DNA from: Priapulus caudatus | Lineage: Eukaryota | Length of the DNA stretch: 64,000 bases | Reading direction: 5' to 3' | Assembly: GCF_000485595.1 (NCBI RefSeq) | Contig: NW_014577080.1 | Span: forward strand, 264,970 to 328,969 | Part shown: one piece after another, positions 27,058 to 41,211 of the stretch | Position numbering within the stretch: position 1 is the stretch's first letter | How the letters are laid out: each line of letters opens with the position of its first letter | Program-made: the position numbers and the translations under genes | Notes under the pieces: model-generated | Seen by the model: the letters and a program-made list of their open reading frames with translations, nothing else | Database searches by the model: none | Told to the model about the DNA's origin: nothing

Positions 27058-27143
27058 CGTCCGTCCGTCCGTCCGTCCGCCCGCCCGCCCGCGTGCGTGC
27101 GTGCGTGCGTGCGTGCGTGTGCGTGTGCGTGAGAGAGAGAGAG
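26993..27143. repeat. Compound microsatellite CTAT-CTGT-CCGT-CCGC-GCGT-GA
   Basis: Directly visible adjacent tetranucleotide runs. Confidence 0.95.
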
Positions 27144-30100
27144 GGCAAGAGAGGGAGAAAGAGTACTGTATCTCTTACGTACGTGTATACGTTGGTTTTA
27201 TTGGCTTTTAAACAACGGAAACGACGACTGTCTGTTGGTTCTGCTAGAGAATAACCTAGAAAATGACCGACTGAGTTTTTACCCAGTACACCGAAACGGA
27301 TCGCAGGCAGGAAATGTCGGGAAAATTGTTGCGTTGGCATATATATGCGCAGTGCCGGCGTGCCGCCTGATGCTATATGAAGCGTATACGATATTATTCT
27401 CGCCACGACAAAGTGGAGAGCTTCCTGAAATCTTCGACTCAGTTGCACAGCGATTGCTTCTGGCGGTAGATCGCTGTTTTTGCTCCGGGAGCCGCTTATG
27501 AATGTTAAATAGCAGATTTGCTCCGCGAAGCCTGATAGCTTTTATGGCGTTGAATAACAAGCAGGCAGAGAATTGCGAGATGCGTGGCGGAGTTCCTGTC
27601 AGTATTGTAACTCGTTGTGGACCCCATGCTCACGCAGTTCTTCGGCGGACGTGCCTGTTTGAAAGCGGTTCTTTTTTAATGAAATCCATAATGTCCTTTT
27701 ATTGCAAAAAGAATTAGGTGTTCAGGCGCTTGCGCATTTAAAGGTATTACATTAAGTAATGCGGATTATAGTGGGAGATAAAAAGCTCATAGACTCGAAA
27801 GCCCTGTTTTATTAGATGGATCGCGTCGTTATTGCATTTTAAAGCCAAACTATGCGATAACGAAAATATTATAGTTGTATTCTTTTTGCGAGATATCCAA
27901 TTGAGACCAGACACGCCACACTAACCATTAGCATAGCAGAGAGAGGCCGTGCATCCACTCTACCATACACTATAGCGTAAGGTAAGGGTGGGGTACAGTC
28001 TAGCCACTTAAAATAGTAGCACAAGTCACTACTAGTCCTACAAAAGTAGTATCGAGGCAGCCCACCAGTCCATAGTAGTACGGTAAGGTGGGCAGTACAC
28101 GTGTTACATCGAGTGCTGTGGTGAGAAGAAGTATAGTTACTCCTGCCATTCTAGTATGGTGGAGGGCAACCCAGGCAGTCTATCCACCACGATAGTCGGA
28201 AAGATGGGGCAGTTTAAGGGTGACTCTCTGGGATGTCGTGGCTATAGCGACGTCCAAAGAGCTGCAGTGACTTAATTTTCAACAAATATTTCATGATTGC
28301 GTTGGCAGACTGGTTTTAAAGGATATAATAAAGCGGCGCCCATAAATAAACTAGTCGAATGTGATTATAACTGATGCATAAGAAAATCAGAAGCAAAGAG
28401 GGAGACGCCATATACGCCAGATAGCCCTTAAATGCCAATAAAAATACAAATTAAACTTCTTTACTACTTGGAATTCGGTTGCTGGTGTCAGAACTCTGGT
28501 TTACCGGCCCGCTCTGTTTGTGCCTCCGCGATTACGCGTACATTGGGGAAGAATAGTGAAGTACAGTAATATTCTGCAGAAATCTAAATCCACGCACGGT
28601 GCAACCCATTTCATTGTGCGAAAGCGCGAATACGACAGCATGAAGTGAATATGTGTAGCGTTTCTATACTCTTGTACAACTATAGCCCACGTATAGTTAT
28701 AACAGGTATAGATGTTGAAGTGTGGGGGCGGGCTGTGCAGTTTAGGCAAACTAATGGCGCCGTTTACGGGACATAAATAATATGACATCTACGGCTGTGC
28801 CGGTCAATGAAAGCCGCACGTTTATTAGGTGTGGAGGCGTGACATGCTTTCAGATATGAGATTCCCGAGCTCCCGGGGGGTCAGTGTAGCGACACGTCTA
28901 GAAGTGGCAATATAGCTGGATGCCTCGTACACGTCACCTGAGCTGTGTCTCATCGGCGCCTAGGCGACTCTCTCATTCCTTCTCTATCTCTTTGATCGTA
29001 ACTTGTCTCAACGGATCTTGCAACGTTTTAACAACACGTATTATTTCTGCCCCTGGAGGCAATCCTCTGCTACTTTTATCAAGCGGCGCTCATCACCTGC
29101 GCGAGAGTGGAGGGGGTGGCCGGGGAAGGCAGGCTACCTGTCACGGTAAGTCTCGTTTAATTGGGCAGAGAGGCACACTGCAACAATGTGAGCTATATAT
29201 ATAGTGAGCGGAGTGTGAAGCAAGCGCCTATACCTGTGCGTAGAGACGCTTCATTGTTAATCATGGAGTTATCCCATCTACAAATAATATAAGATTACTA
29301 ATGGATTACTGCTGTGAAACGTCAGTGACCATTTGACGTTTCCAATCTCATAGCTTATACCGGTAATAAGCAGGCACGACCTTACTCGCAACCAGCGTGT
29401 AAATACGCACCTAACCTACTAATTATTATTATTATTATTAAGTTGGCATATATATGTATTATATATATATATATCATAGGATTTACATCGGCTGTGTAGG
29501 CTAGAGTTTTATGTGAAATATACATAATAGCATACTAGGTAATTATGACAGCTACAGTAGTACAATAGGCTTTCCTTGTTTGAAACACAGCAATGACAAC
29601 TTCAGAACCTCGTGCTCATTGTCATTTTGAGGTTATTACTTATTAGAAATAAAACATGCAGGTAAACATGAATGTCGTTCAACAGTAAAATATCACCATG
29701 CACAAGAAACAATTATTCGTCGCTATACCTGTGTATAACTACAGAATTTTGACAGAATATCAATCAGCCGACATCTGATGCTTGCTGTATATTGGCTTTC
29801 CTTATATGTCCTACGGTCCTACCTAATGGGCACAAGCAAATGTTTGCTGTGTTACTGTGCGCTGTATGTACAACCTTGTGCTTATACCCACCTTATGCTA
29901 TAGATCTAGCTCTCAGGTTGAGGCAGCAGAATTTCCGACAGGTGAACTCGTATCTTGTTTATTTAATTGCCTTTGACCGACTCGCTGCCCGCTGTATATA
30001 GGCAGTGTACACAGGCCCGGTCTACGAGGAAAAGCTCAATCTCAAGACTAATTTTGTTTCTGACAGCGGGCTCCTGGATTTTTATACAATCTCATCTGAA

Positions 30101-31569
30101 TCGTTCTTTTTCGGGATGCAATATTTCCATTATGGTATTCAATCGTGGCTGTTATGTGTCTATAGGTCTAGCTAGTAAGCTATGCTTGCGGGCAAGATCA
30201 GTGTATTGCGCCCTCTATATGTCTTTCAAGATTTCTACTCACTGGCATGGCTGTAATTTTCCTCTAATCCGGGTTAAGAAATACACCCACACTCTTCTAC
30301 CATGGGCGGATCTACAGTTCCACTTATGTAAAAAATGATTGAATGCCTACCTTGAAGTAATCCAACACATGTTTTCAGGCTTTCGCCTCGCAAAAAGCAT
30401 ATTTGTTTCAAATAGTGTTTCGAGCAATACATGCATCTAGCACGGTTATCCGACGTGAGTGCGTGGCAGTGATGTATCTCAGCTTAGATTAATGCTGCCG
30501 ATATAAGCCTTGGGTCGTATTCGATTATCGCTTAATCTTTCGACTCAAATCGATGGACTACTCCGTTTCAACGGTGCAATATAGCTTAAAAATGGTATAA
30601 TACGAATCGACGTGTCAGGCTGTGAGCACTTCAAAACCTGCTATTGTAGCTGCACTTCGTGTCTAAATCTAGTAAATCCGTGCGTGTTTTTATCCCCGAA
30701 GGCGCAACAGAAATTATTTACTCGACAAATCATATTTGCCGCGCATGCGTCCACGTCTCTCCAGCACTTGTAAACACTCGAGCAGGCTGTTCATCAACAC
30801 TCCAACTCGAAAATCGTCAAAGATATATGTGACTACGTCACCTCAGCAAAAAAGACGTTATTTTTCACGCGACTTAGTGATTAGGGGCATCGGCGAACTG
30901 GATCATATCATAATAGACGCGATACCGGAAGCAAAGGAAAGGACACATTACGAAGGCATACTTTTAGCATGTTGTTCTAGGGACATACATGTTTTTTAGG
31001 TTTATCTCGGTTAGACGCAAAATAGCTATACACATTTGTCCATACTGTTATTCCTAGTATGGACACATTGGGGGGATTGGCTAATGGGATTCGATCAAAA
31101 CAGATGGAGCTACGTGGACAAACATTTCGTCATAGCGTTATTTTTAGTTCACCTGATCGCAACTGATAAAATTTGATTCAATATATGTAATTCGAATAAG
31201 CACATACCAAGTATCTAAGTACTTATAACATTCGAAGAGATCTGGTGTGTCAAATAGGCAACTTGAATTTAAAATCTCATAATAATCGAATAGCGACATC
31301 GATCGATCGTACTCTTTTTGTTTGCGTTATCCTGCCTAGCTGGTTTCGAAAATCCATTCTGGTAATGGATTTCTGTTATCAGCCAATATCATCGACACTG
31401 ATATCACTAAAATCGAAGTTTTCAACTCGTGTGATAAATCAGTGGTTCTGGGATTCGGTTTTTATTTACCCGATAAGCAAGCATATTAGGTGCGCGGTCT
31501 CGTGGCCAAGTGTGCTCAGATTGAGTTCGCGACTTCACGGCTATCTTTTAACGTTTCCTACGTGAATCT

Positions 31570-32770
31570 TATTCTCTTTTTCTCTCTCGACTCCCCCTCT
31601 CTCACTCTCGCTATATCGCTCGCTCGCGCTCTCGCTATCTGTCTCTGTCTCTCTCTCTCTTTTTCTCTCTCTCTCTCTCTCACTCACTCTCTCTCTCTCT
31701 CTCTCTCTCACTTTCTTTCTCTTTCACACTCGCTATATCGCGCGCGCTCTCTCTTTGTTTTTCTCGATCTCTTTCCCTATTTCTCGCTTGCTCGCTCTTT
31801 TGTTCTCGCTCGCTCTGATTCTTTTCGTCTGTTTTCTTTTCTCTTTCTCTACGCACTCACGCACTCACTAACTCATTCGCTCGCTCGCTCGCTCGCTCAC
31901 TCACTCACTCACTCACTCACTCACTCACTCACTCACTCACTCACTCACTCACTCACTCACTCGCTCACTCACTCACTCACTCACTCACTCTCACCGTCAT
32001 TAACTGCACAAGGATCGCCTCGCATCGCATTGCTCACTCTGCTCTGCTGCCTCCCATCGCGTACCTAGGCTCCTGACCCCCGATCCCGCTTGTCTTTCGG
32101 TCTCAATCACTCACTACTCCCTCTTCACTCAATCACTTCAATCACTCACCATCACCTCACTCACTCCTCCAACCTCACTCACACCACTCACTCCCTCTCA
32201 TCACCTCACTCACTCACTCCCTACACTCTACTATCTCACTCACGTCACTTACTCAACTACCTCACTCCTTCCGTCTACATCACCTCACTTCACTCACGTC
32301 ACATCACACCCCTCACTCCACTCACTCCTCACATCATCATCCCATCACATCACCTCACTCATCGCACATTCACATCACGTCAACATCACTCACTTCACAC
32401 TCCCGCCTCAGTGTCACATTCACTCACACACGTCACACCATCGGAAGCGTCACGTCATTCATCCACTCACCGCACTTCACTCACTCCACTCACTCACTCC
32501 CTCACACATCACCTCACTTCAACTCTCACCGTCACTCAACTCCACTCACTCACCCCACTCACGTTCACTCACCCACTCCACCATCACAGCAATCATTCAC
32601 TGCACTCACTCACTCCACTTTCCGTCACTCACCACCTCACTTACTCACTCACTCCACTCACCTCAACACTCACCACATCACTCCCTGTCCTGACTCACTT
32701 CCGCTTTTTCAATACAATCATCACAGCTACTACACAATCCACTGCCACAGATCACTCACTCAACTCTTCT
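31570..32770. repeat. (CT)n / (TCAC)n microsatellite tract, clean then degenerate
   Basis: Near-perfect CACT run at ~31895-31990, followed by a noisy CACT-derived tract. Confidence 0.9.
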
Positions 32771-33639
32771 CGCGCAGACATTATCCAGTCGTCGTCCGTC
32801 TCGTCCGATCGGGCGTCCGTCGTCCTCGCCGTCAGCCAGCCAGCCACACAGCCCCAGTCATAGTGAGTCTTTTTCTCGCCGGATCGCTTAAACATCTTAA
32901 ACTTCATATATCAGTAAAGAGCCCTCGCTGATATTTCATGTTCGAAAACTTTATGGCTTTAGCGCATACCCTTCGTCGCACTCATATATATCATTTGTTA
33001 GCATGATGTACAGTTAATCGTAGTCCGTTAAGAATGTAGTTTTAATCAGAGAGACCCGACAACTGCTCGACGGTTGCAACAACACAGCTAAACTCCGCGC
33101 ATAATCTGTTTAGCCTTCGTCTGTAACGAGACTGGCCTCGTGTTTTGAAATTATATTTTGCTCTTTAAAGACATTACTGCACTTTTTTACTGCTTTTCTG
33201 ATATATATAACGTCTCATCATGAAAGGCCTCTGATGACAATATCGGGGCTTCACCATAATGGGCGTGCATGTTTTCCCATAGCCCTGCCTGTTCATATTG
33301 ATGAGACCTTTATATTACCTGTCTAGTATAATAGCCACGTAAAGCCGATGCTGCTAAAATAGCCGCACATGAAAAAGCCGGCAGCCGTGACGTTTTTCCC
33401 TTCAGCTGTTATATAGTATGTCCCTGTATTTGGTTAGCTGGCATGCGAGTCCTGCGCATATTTTGAGGGTGACTGGATTACTTTTTCCTGTATACGTAGT
33501 AGCAATTGTCCTATATGAGGAGGTTCCGCGCTTAGATTTGTCTGCTCCACGACAGCTTGCTCGCTGCTGCTTGAGCTGTGAACGAGGCGCGTGTGCGTGT
33601 GTAACTTCTGTTACTGTGCAACCGCCGCACACACCGCGC

Positions 33640-33848
33640 AGGCCTGCCTGCCTGATGCTGTGCTGCCGTGCCTGCTGCCTCCTGCTGCCTGTGCTGCCTC
33701 GCCTGCCTGCCTGACTGCCTGCTGCCTGCCTGTGCTGCCTGCCCCTGCCTGCTTGCCTGCCTGCCTGCCTAGCTTGACTGCGTGCTTACTGCCTGCCTGC
33801 TGCCCGACTGCTTGGCCTGCCTGCCTGCCTGCCTGCTTTACCTTCTTG

Positions 33849-33892
<44 letters not shown>

Positions 33893-33973
33893 CTGCCCTA
33901 CTCTGCCTGCCCTGCCTGCCTGCCTGCCTGACTGCCTGTGCTTGCTTGCCTGCTCCTCTGCCTTGCTTCTTTG

Positions 33974-34006
<33 letters not shown>

Positions 34007-34529
34007 CCTGCTGCCTGCCCTGCCTGCCTGCCTGCTCTGATGCCCGCGCCTGCTTACCTGCTTGCCTACCTTGTCTTGCCTGCTTGCCTGCCTGCTTGCC
34101 TGCCTGCCCTGCCCGCTTACCTGCCTCCTGCTTGCCTGCTGCTTACCTGCCTGCTTGCCTGCCTGCCTGCTGCCATGCCTGCCTGCCTGCCTGCTGCCCG
34201 CACTATAATATTTCACAGGCAGTCCGTTACTCTCTTCGTTTCACTGAGGGCGAGACGAGAGAGAGAGAGCGAGAGTAGAGAGAGAGAGCGACGCCGAGAG
34301 AAAGAGAGAAGAGAGAGAGAGAGAGAGAGATCAGAGATGAGCTAGAGAGGCGAAGAGAGAGTGAGAGAGAGAGACTGAGAGAGAGACATAGAGAGACAGA
34401 GAGAGAGTAGAGAGCGAGAGAGAGAGAGTAGGAGAGAGAGAGAGAGAGAGAGAGAGAAGCAGAGACAGACGAGACGAGCACAGAGAGAAGACAGAGAGAG
34501 CGAGAGAGAGAGAGAGAGAGAGAGCGACG

Positions 34530-34569
<40 letters not shown>

Positions 34570-35727
34570 CACAGAGAAGAGCGTAGAAGATCAGAGAAGA
34601 CGACAGTAAGACAGAGACAGAGACAGAGACGAGACAAGACAGAGGAGAGACAGAGCAGAGACAGAGACCGAAGAAGACACGAGACAGAGACAGAGCCGGA
34701 CAGAGACAGAGACAGAGACAGAGACAGAGACAGATGACAGAGACAGAGCAGAGACAGAGACAGTCGACAGAGACAGAGAACAGAGACCGAGACAGATACC
34801 GAGACAAGACATGAGACAACAGACAGGAGACGAGACAGAGACAGAGACCGGCTGTATCTGCTCCCTTCTAGAGACAGACAGAGACAGAACAGACGACAGA
34901 GACAGAGACAGAGAAGAGACAGAGACAGAGACATGAGAGACAGAGACATAGACAGAGACAGAGACAGAGACAGACAGAGCCATACAGAGACAAGACCGAC
35001 CAGAGACCAGAAAGACAGAGACAACGCGACAGAGACAGAAACAGAGACAGAGCTTCGCGACAGATGACAGACGACAGAGACGAGAGACAGACAGATACAT
35101 ACAGAACAAGAGACAGACAAGACAGACAGAGACAGACAAAGACAGAAGAGACAGACAGAGACAGACAGAGACAGAATAGACCGACAGAACAGACGAGACA
35201 GACAGAGACAGACAGAGACAAGATCAGAGACAGACCGAGACAGACGAGACAAGCAGAGAGAGAGAGAGACAAGCGACAGAGACAGAGAGTAGAGACAGAG
35301 AGAGAGAGAGAGAGAGAGAAGAGAGAGAGGAGAGAGAGAGACAGAGAGAGAGAGTGGATAGACAAAAGGAGGGAGAATAGAGAAGAGCGAATCGAGAAAA
35401 AGGGGAAGGGGCCAGGGGCGGATGCAGGATTTGTCCTAGGGGGGGGGTGCAGGTGAAAGGCACTGAGATTTTGGTAGGGCAACTGAAGCGCGCGGCGCCG
35501 CCGACCCGGTGGAGTCGGGGGGGCCCCCCGAAAATTTTAAAACTCAAGACTCCTTTTATGCATTTTCAGGCATCTGAGACGAAATCTTTTGTACTCAATC
35601 TTCATAGCAATGAAAACGACATAGACCAGCAAGACAGAGAGACTAGAGACAGAGAGAGTAGAAGACGAGACAGCGACTAGAGAGGAGACAGGATGAGAGC
35701 GAGCGAGAGAGAGAGAGAATAGAGAGA

Positions 35728-35776
<49 letters not shown>

Positions 35777-35820
35777 AGAGGAGAGAAGAGCGAGAGAGAA
35801 AGAGAGAGATATGAGAGAGT
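33640..35820. repeat. (GCCT)n then (GA)n/(GAGACA)n microsatellite block
   Basis: Directly visible. Source of many spurious ORFs. Confidence 0.95.
35413..35612. mobile_element. Probable end fragment of a non-autonomous DNA transposon (CAGGGGCGGATGCAGGATTT...G-run type)
   Basis: The terminus style is common in invertebrate MITEs. No matching second TIR or TSD was found. Embedded in the GA microsatellite. Confidence 0.4.
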
Positions 35821-38473
35821 GCACGGGCGAGAGAAGAGCTCTCCACCTCTGTCAGAGCGAGAACTCCCCTCTACGTTCAGCACGCGGAAATTGGCTGCCG
35901 AGTTGCTGCTCGCCGCGTTGCCTGCCCTGCCTCCCTGTCTGATCCCCGATTTCCCGTGGCCGTTAAACAGCCACAGTACAGACATTACTTCTAGTCGAGC
36001 TTCGCGTAGCGGCCTGTCCCCCAAGATGCCGTTATTGTATTCGTGCTAGAACGACTCGCTTTCTTTGATACACGCTTGGCTCTCCTTGTGTCTATCACGA
36101 CGTGTTGTACCGCCCGCGCTTTTCGCTGTCTCGATGTTGGCTGAGACGCGTTCGGGCGTTAGATTATCAGTTATACACATCGATTCGATTGGCTTTCATT
36201 TACGTTAGAAACGTGTATCTATTCGCGTGAGCATAGACGAAAAATAAACTTACGACGTGATAATTTTTTTCACAAGAGAAATCCCTGCACATTGTAGCGA
36301 GCCATGTGAGAGACACATGCCAGTGTAGTAGTTGCATCAGCATCGCACATTGCCGCAACAGCAGCATCAGTCAGATCATCGCCACCATTGCAACATTGAT
36401 GCGCATTCGCAGTAAGCCGTAAGTATAGCCACTACCGCAGCAGCACTAGCGCATCGCCAGCATTGCACGCGCAGCCAGCTCGTCAGCATCGCCAGCCCAG
36501 TGCAACACTTGCAGTAGCATCAGCGAGCAATACAGTAGTATAGCACCACTACCGGCAGCAACAGGCAGCAGCAGCAGCAGAAGCATGTGTTCTGCTGCTT
36601 GCTGCCTCGTCACCACGCAGGCGTCTCCTGAAAGCATTTACCTTCCCCCGGCAAATTCGCTGACAGTAGATAGACCCGGGCCGACCTACAAGCTTACCTT
36701 GCTGTACAGCAGACAGCGAGCGGGAAAACCCAACAACATAAATTTATGCGATTTTATTCTTTGCCGCTGGGACAGCGTCAGATCATGTAGACAAGCTCCA
36801 CTCGCTCCGCGTTAAAGCATCGAGACCGGACGATCGAGACAAATCATACTTAAAAACTCTCCTGCCGTGTTAACGGATCTTCAGCCGGCTACCCTCTCAT
36901 TGATATGGTTTCCGCGCTAAAAATCCCCCCATTTCCCGACGGAGACCGCAATGCTGGACCCCATCGGCGAAGGTTTCTGCCGCGCTCACAATTTCTTCGC
37001 CGCGTGACTACTGTCCTAGTTACACGCGAGCGCGTTTCGATGCTGGAAGCACGTCCACTCTCAAACGGGCTCGCCATGCAAACTGACTTTTGAATTTAAG
37101 ACGAATGCCGCGGTGGCGAGCCGAGAAAATGATTATGATGATTTGTTATTGCGTTGTGTGAGACGCAAACAGCGAAATTTATGTGGATCACAGTGTCGAA
37201 TTAGACTACTGAGGCATTTCTCCAGAAGATCGGCTTTCAAATTGGTCTCAAGTGTCATTGGTTCATTTGGGCTAAGCCGTGTTGTGAAATTGTGAAATTG
37301 TAATTTGCACAAAAAAGTCGATGAGATGTTTTTGTTCGTGAAAAGCCGCTTTCTGAAAGGTCTCGTACCTACTCGTTGAAAGCAACCGTCGAACGCAGGC
37401 AGTTATGTATGTTAGCTGCGATCCCGATTTCTGTTTTACCGGAGCGCGTGCTGGCCGGCTCAAGTGCTATTCCAACCAGCGTAAGCACTCCCTCTGCTTC
37501 AACGCTCTATAGAATCTCACTCTAATATCTATCTATCTACACGCTGAAAGCTATAATTTTCATCATCATACACAATGTTGTTTTATATAATCGCGGCTCT
37601 ATTATAATATTTTGAAAAAAAGCCCCCAGTCTGCAAGCGTGCGACGCGTTGTTCGCTGCCAGTTGACCAGACTCGTTCTCCATCGCTTCTACGGTGAGAG
37701 AGTGAACGCTTCTTTGTTTGCGAAACTTTATATTCTATTTATTATTAACTGGGGAAAAATCCGCTACGCGCACGTGCACGATAGCATAATTCTTGTCACT
37801 CATCTGTGCTCTGCGTAGAATCGATGGCTAGCTCGGCCTGTGTCGGGCTCAGTCACTCGCTCCTCGACCATTTTCGTGCAAGTTTTTCGGCCTAACAAAC
37901 TTTAATGATCCATATGCACAGCCTACAAGCGGCGAATTTTGTCCGGTGAAAAATTGCAACTGTCTGCCTTCCCTTGATTCCACGAAAGCCAAATTATTGT
38001 ATATTATACATCTGCTCTTCGGAATTCAACTCAGATGTTTCGTCGACTAAAATCAACGTCTATGTTTGTGCCTGTTGAATTTTACCTTGTGAAACAAATA
38101 GACTTAATGATGAACTATGCCGAATAAAACTACCAGCATAGCCTGGTTTGACCATGATTTTTTTATTATATAGATTTCGTTTCGTCTCTGTCTGTTTTTA
38201 TCCGACATTTAAGAATAACTAACGTCTCACAGCTTGTAGAACAGGTGAATGCAATGGCAGCTGTGTCCTTGCACAGGAACAATTTATGCAAGCCAAAGTG
38301 TAACTTTATTATTTCACTGTGGCACAATATTTGTGAACATTGAAATAAACATCCGTACGTTTATGTCATATAGCATCATTCACCGATGATCGCCCACGAT
38401 CTTTAATGTTGACGAATACGAATAGATTGTAAAACAATTCCTGCGAAANNNNNNNNNNNNNNNNNNNNNNNNN

Positions 38474-38570
38474 AGTGAGTGAGTGAGCGAGTGAGTGAGT
38501 GAGTGAGTGAGTGAGTGAGTGAGTGAGTGAGTGAGTGAGTGCGTGCGTGAGTGAGTGAGCGAGTGAGCGA
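38474..38570. repeat. (GAGT)n microsatellite
   Basis: Directly visible at the contig start after the gap. Confidence 0.95.
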
Positions 38571-40259
38571 GACAGGCGTCTTGAGGCAAACGCGTTCTCT
38601 GTCAGTAGCAGCTGCGCGCTTGGGAATGTAAAATTACACTTACGCCTTTACGCGTGCTCCGTCTGCGCCTCTGTGAAGTCGCCCGCCTTCATATCACCAG
38701 CGGACTAGGCTGGAAAATATCGCGCGGATAATGTCTGGATAGCACAAAGCGCCTTTGTTAACTAGTTCGCAGTTATCAAGCAGAACGTTGATGTGGTATG
38801 CATTTTTTCCCTCTGCCGTTTTTGCAGACTAGCCCATAGTTCTTGAGGGAAACGCTATCCATGTGCCAGCAAAATAGACGGGATTTTTTTTCTAATTACA
38901 AACCTAATCCCTGTCTGGAGAAAACGCTCTATGCATTTTTAATATTCGCCGGTTTAAATTGTAGACATGCCTGCGGTGATTTGATGTATCAGGAGGATAG
39001 GATATGGGTAATGAAATTCCTACACGGGAGCCGTATAACTCGGCTGCCTGTCTATATACCCGTGTCTAATAAAGCTTCCGTATGCAGTGCGCTTGCCGCC
39101 TACTGGTTTCACAGCGCCGTGTGTGATCTGACCGATCATCATAGATTCTTGGCATGATTTCCTAGATCATGTTTAACACTTAGTAAAGCGGATTAAATAA
39201 ATGGCAGTGTCAGTTCGTGGTCGCGCTTGAACGGCGCTGCTCAAGCAATGCTTTGTCGTACGTGCAAATTGTCTGAATGTTTTCTCCTCGGGCTATCGTG
39301 CCTCCTGTAGATGTAGATGCTATCATTGATGCTATCTACATTGATGTGAGCATACGGAGGCGTGAGATGAACAGGCAGACTTGAGCCGTGTTGAGCCGGG
39401 ACGTAAACCGACTTTATTTGCTGAATTCAGGTCAAGGGACGTAATGGAAATACACAGAAGGCATACTGATATAAGGCACTATTATCCATTTTATACTATA
39501 TATCCATCTTATGCTATATATATATAAATATATAGTGCATAGTGCTGTTTGGAGGTTTTGCTCCTGACCGCTGCACGAAATGCGTCCTAATTAAACGGGA
39601 CAAGTCTCTGCACGACATTGTGTACGCGTACGGTATGCTAAATTAGGCAAGATTTAATCCAGCCTGACGACGGAGGACATTTCCCAGCAGTATATCACAC
39701 GTGAATGCGCTTTCTGCTTTCATTCATATTTAAATCGGCGCTGGACTTATCACGTTCGTACAGAATATGGTTTCGTGGTTTTGAATGGATACGGCGGTTA
39801 TTTCGCGTGGGACAGCCAGAATCCTGCATAGAAAGTACAGTTGCCAGCAGAAGCAAAACAAAAACATTTTCAAGCAAGACCGAAATTCTCGGGAATAACC
39901 TCTTGAATTGAAATTGGCGTATTATAGTGATTAATGTCGCTGATTAATTCCATTATCAAATAAAATGCAGCCGTCTTGCAGAATGTTCTTCAGGGAAAGT
40001 AATCCCACGTGAGGATGAATTATAAATAAAAAATGACTAGCTGCTAAGATGTTTAGGCGCGATCAAAAGAAAATGCTATTTTCTTGACTATATTGACTGC
40101 AATCTGTAGCTTTCCATATTTGCACAGTTCGAGTGTAGCCTAAATTGACACGAATGCTATCTATAATTCGTATTATATTCGTGAGCATGCGTGTAAATTA
40201 GCAATGCCATTGTATTAATGTTATGGACGTGCGCCAGAAATGCATGCCTTTACTGTCTT

Positions 40260-40780
40260 TTTACATAGCAGAGCTTGGCGAATCTCCTAGCTCAAGCGAG
40301 TCCGTGTTGTAACCGGATATCCGATGGGAGAGAGTTGGAATAGTTATTGGGAATAATGTTGTATTCAAATTCAAATGGGACGCCGCCTGTTTATACTGAA
40401 ATACCTCTCTATATGGTGTGGAATAAAGAAACAAGATAAAGAGCAAATGGTTTCAGAAATACTGATATTGACCTGCCTCCTGGGTATCTTGAAGGCAAAT
40501 TGTGAGTTTTCTAAAGCCTCTGTCATTCGAGTGCACTTTGGCTATGTGGTTGGTTTATTCATATTCAAATGTCAGTTTAGATGCCTTTATATGGCAAAGT
40601 AACCAGTACGTATGTTAGAAAGCAGAGGAATTTGGTTACTGGAAATGTACATGGTGGGCTTTGTGTGATGTGGTTGGAGTAATCTAAGGAAAAGCTGAAC
40701 TCATATTCACGTAAATCTAATAAGGAGAAAGATCGATCTTCATCATGTCCAGAACTAGCTGCCTTTAACCAACTACCGTT
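40260..40780 (-). mobile_element. Possible highly decayed LINE (CR1/L2-like) 3' fragment
   Basis: Remnant TLFPITIP resembles the 'SFFPRTI..WN.LP' tail of CR1-group ORF2. Many stops. Confidence 0.25.
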
Positions 40781-40887
40781 TCTCCCAGATTTTTTACCCG
40801 GGCCTAGGTAATTAATTTATATACGTGTACTCTCGTTCGGACTTTATTGACTCTTTCTGATGCTAAGCCGAGTAGAAGTATATATAT

Positions 40888-40929
40888 CAGGAGTAGATAA
40901 TAGGGAAATTACCCTATTATCTACTCCTG
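40888..40929. mobile_element. 42-bp hairpin micro-MITE
   Basis: CAGGAGTAGATAATAGGG-AAATTA-CCCTATTATCTACTCCTG, flanked by ATATATAT on both sides (TSD length ambiguous within a TA run). Confidence 0.8.
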
Positions 40930-41157
40930 ATATATATGGGTTATTGTTTGCTACGCATTACATATTTGTCCATAATTGTCCATGACTTGTGATACATGAC
41001 AATTATATGAAAGAGTCGCTCATGGGGTGGCGTCCGCTTTACACGTTTGTTCGTTTGCGCGCGTTCGTGCGTGTCCTGTGTGCGCAGTGCCTGCATGCAT
41101 GCGCCGTGCCTGGCTCGATATACGCATGCATTCCGCTTTATCGCGGACTCAAAGCAA

Positions 41158-41170
41158 GTATATATATATT

Positions 41171-41209
<39 letters not shown>
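41158..41209. repeat. (TA)n microsatellite
   Basis: Directly visible. Confidence 0.95.

Positions 41210-41211
<2 letters not shown>

Larger units (their letters stand above)
32770..38448 (+). repeat. Direct duplicate of ~46800-51684 (probable assembly artefact)
   Basis: Collinear from GTCAGCCAGCCAGCCACACAGC to GATTGTAAAACAATTCC. Differences are indel-dominated. Ends at a 25-N gap (38449-38473). Confidence 0.9.

Noticed and set aside
28505..28788. 95-aa minus-strand ORF ending RGGTNRAG before GTAAAC
   Set aside because: The GGTN match alone is too short and the rest shows no recognisable domain.
31490..31520. GGTCTCGTGGCCAAGTG as a tRNA or SINE A-box
   Set aside because: No clear B-box or cloverleaf follows.
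31490..36049. Many long ORFs (up to 341 aa) rich in LS/HSLT/PACL/RE
   Set aside because: They are translations of microsatellites lacking stop codons and are open in several frames on both strands.
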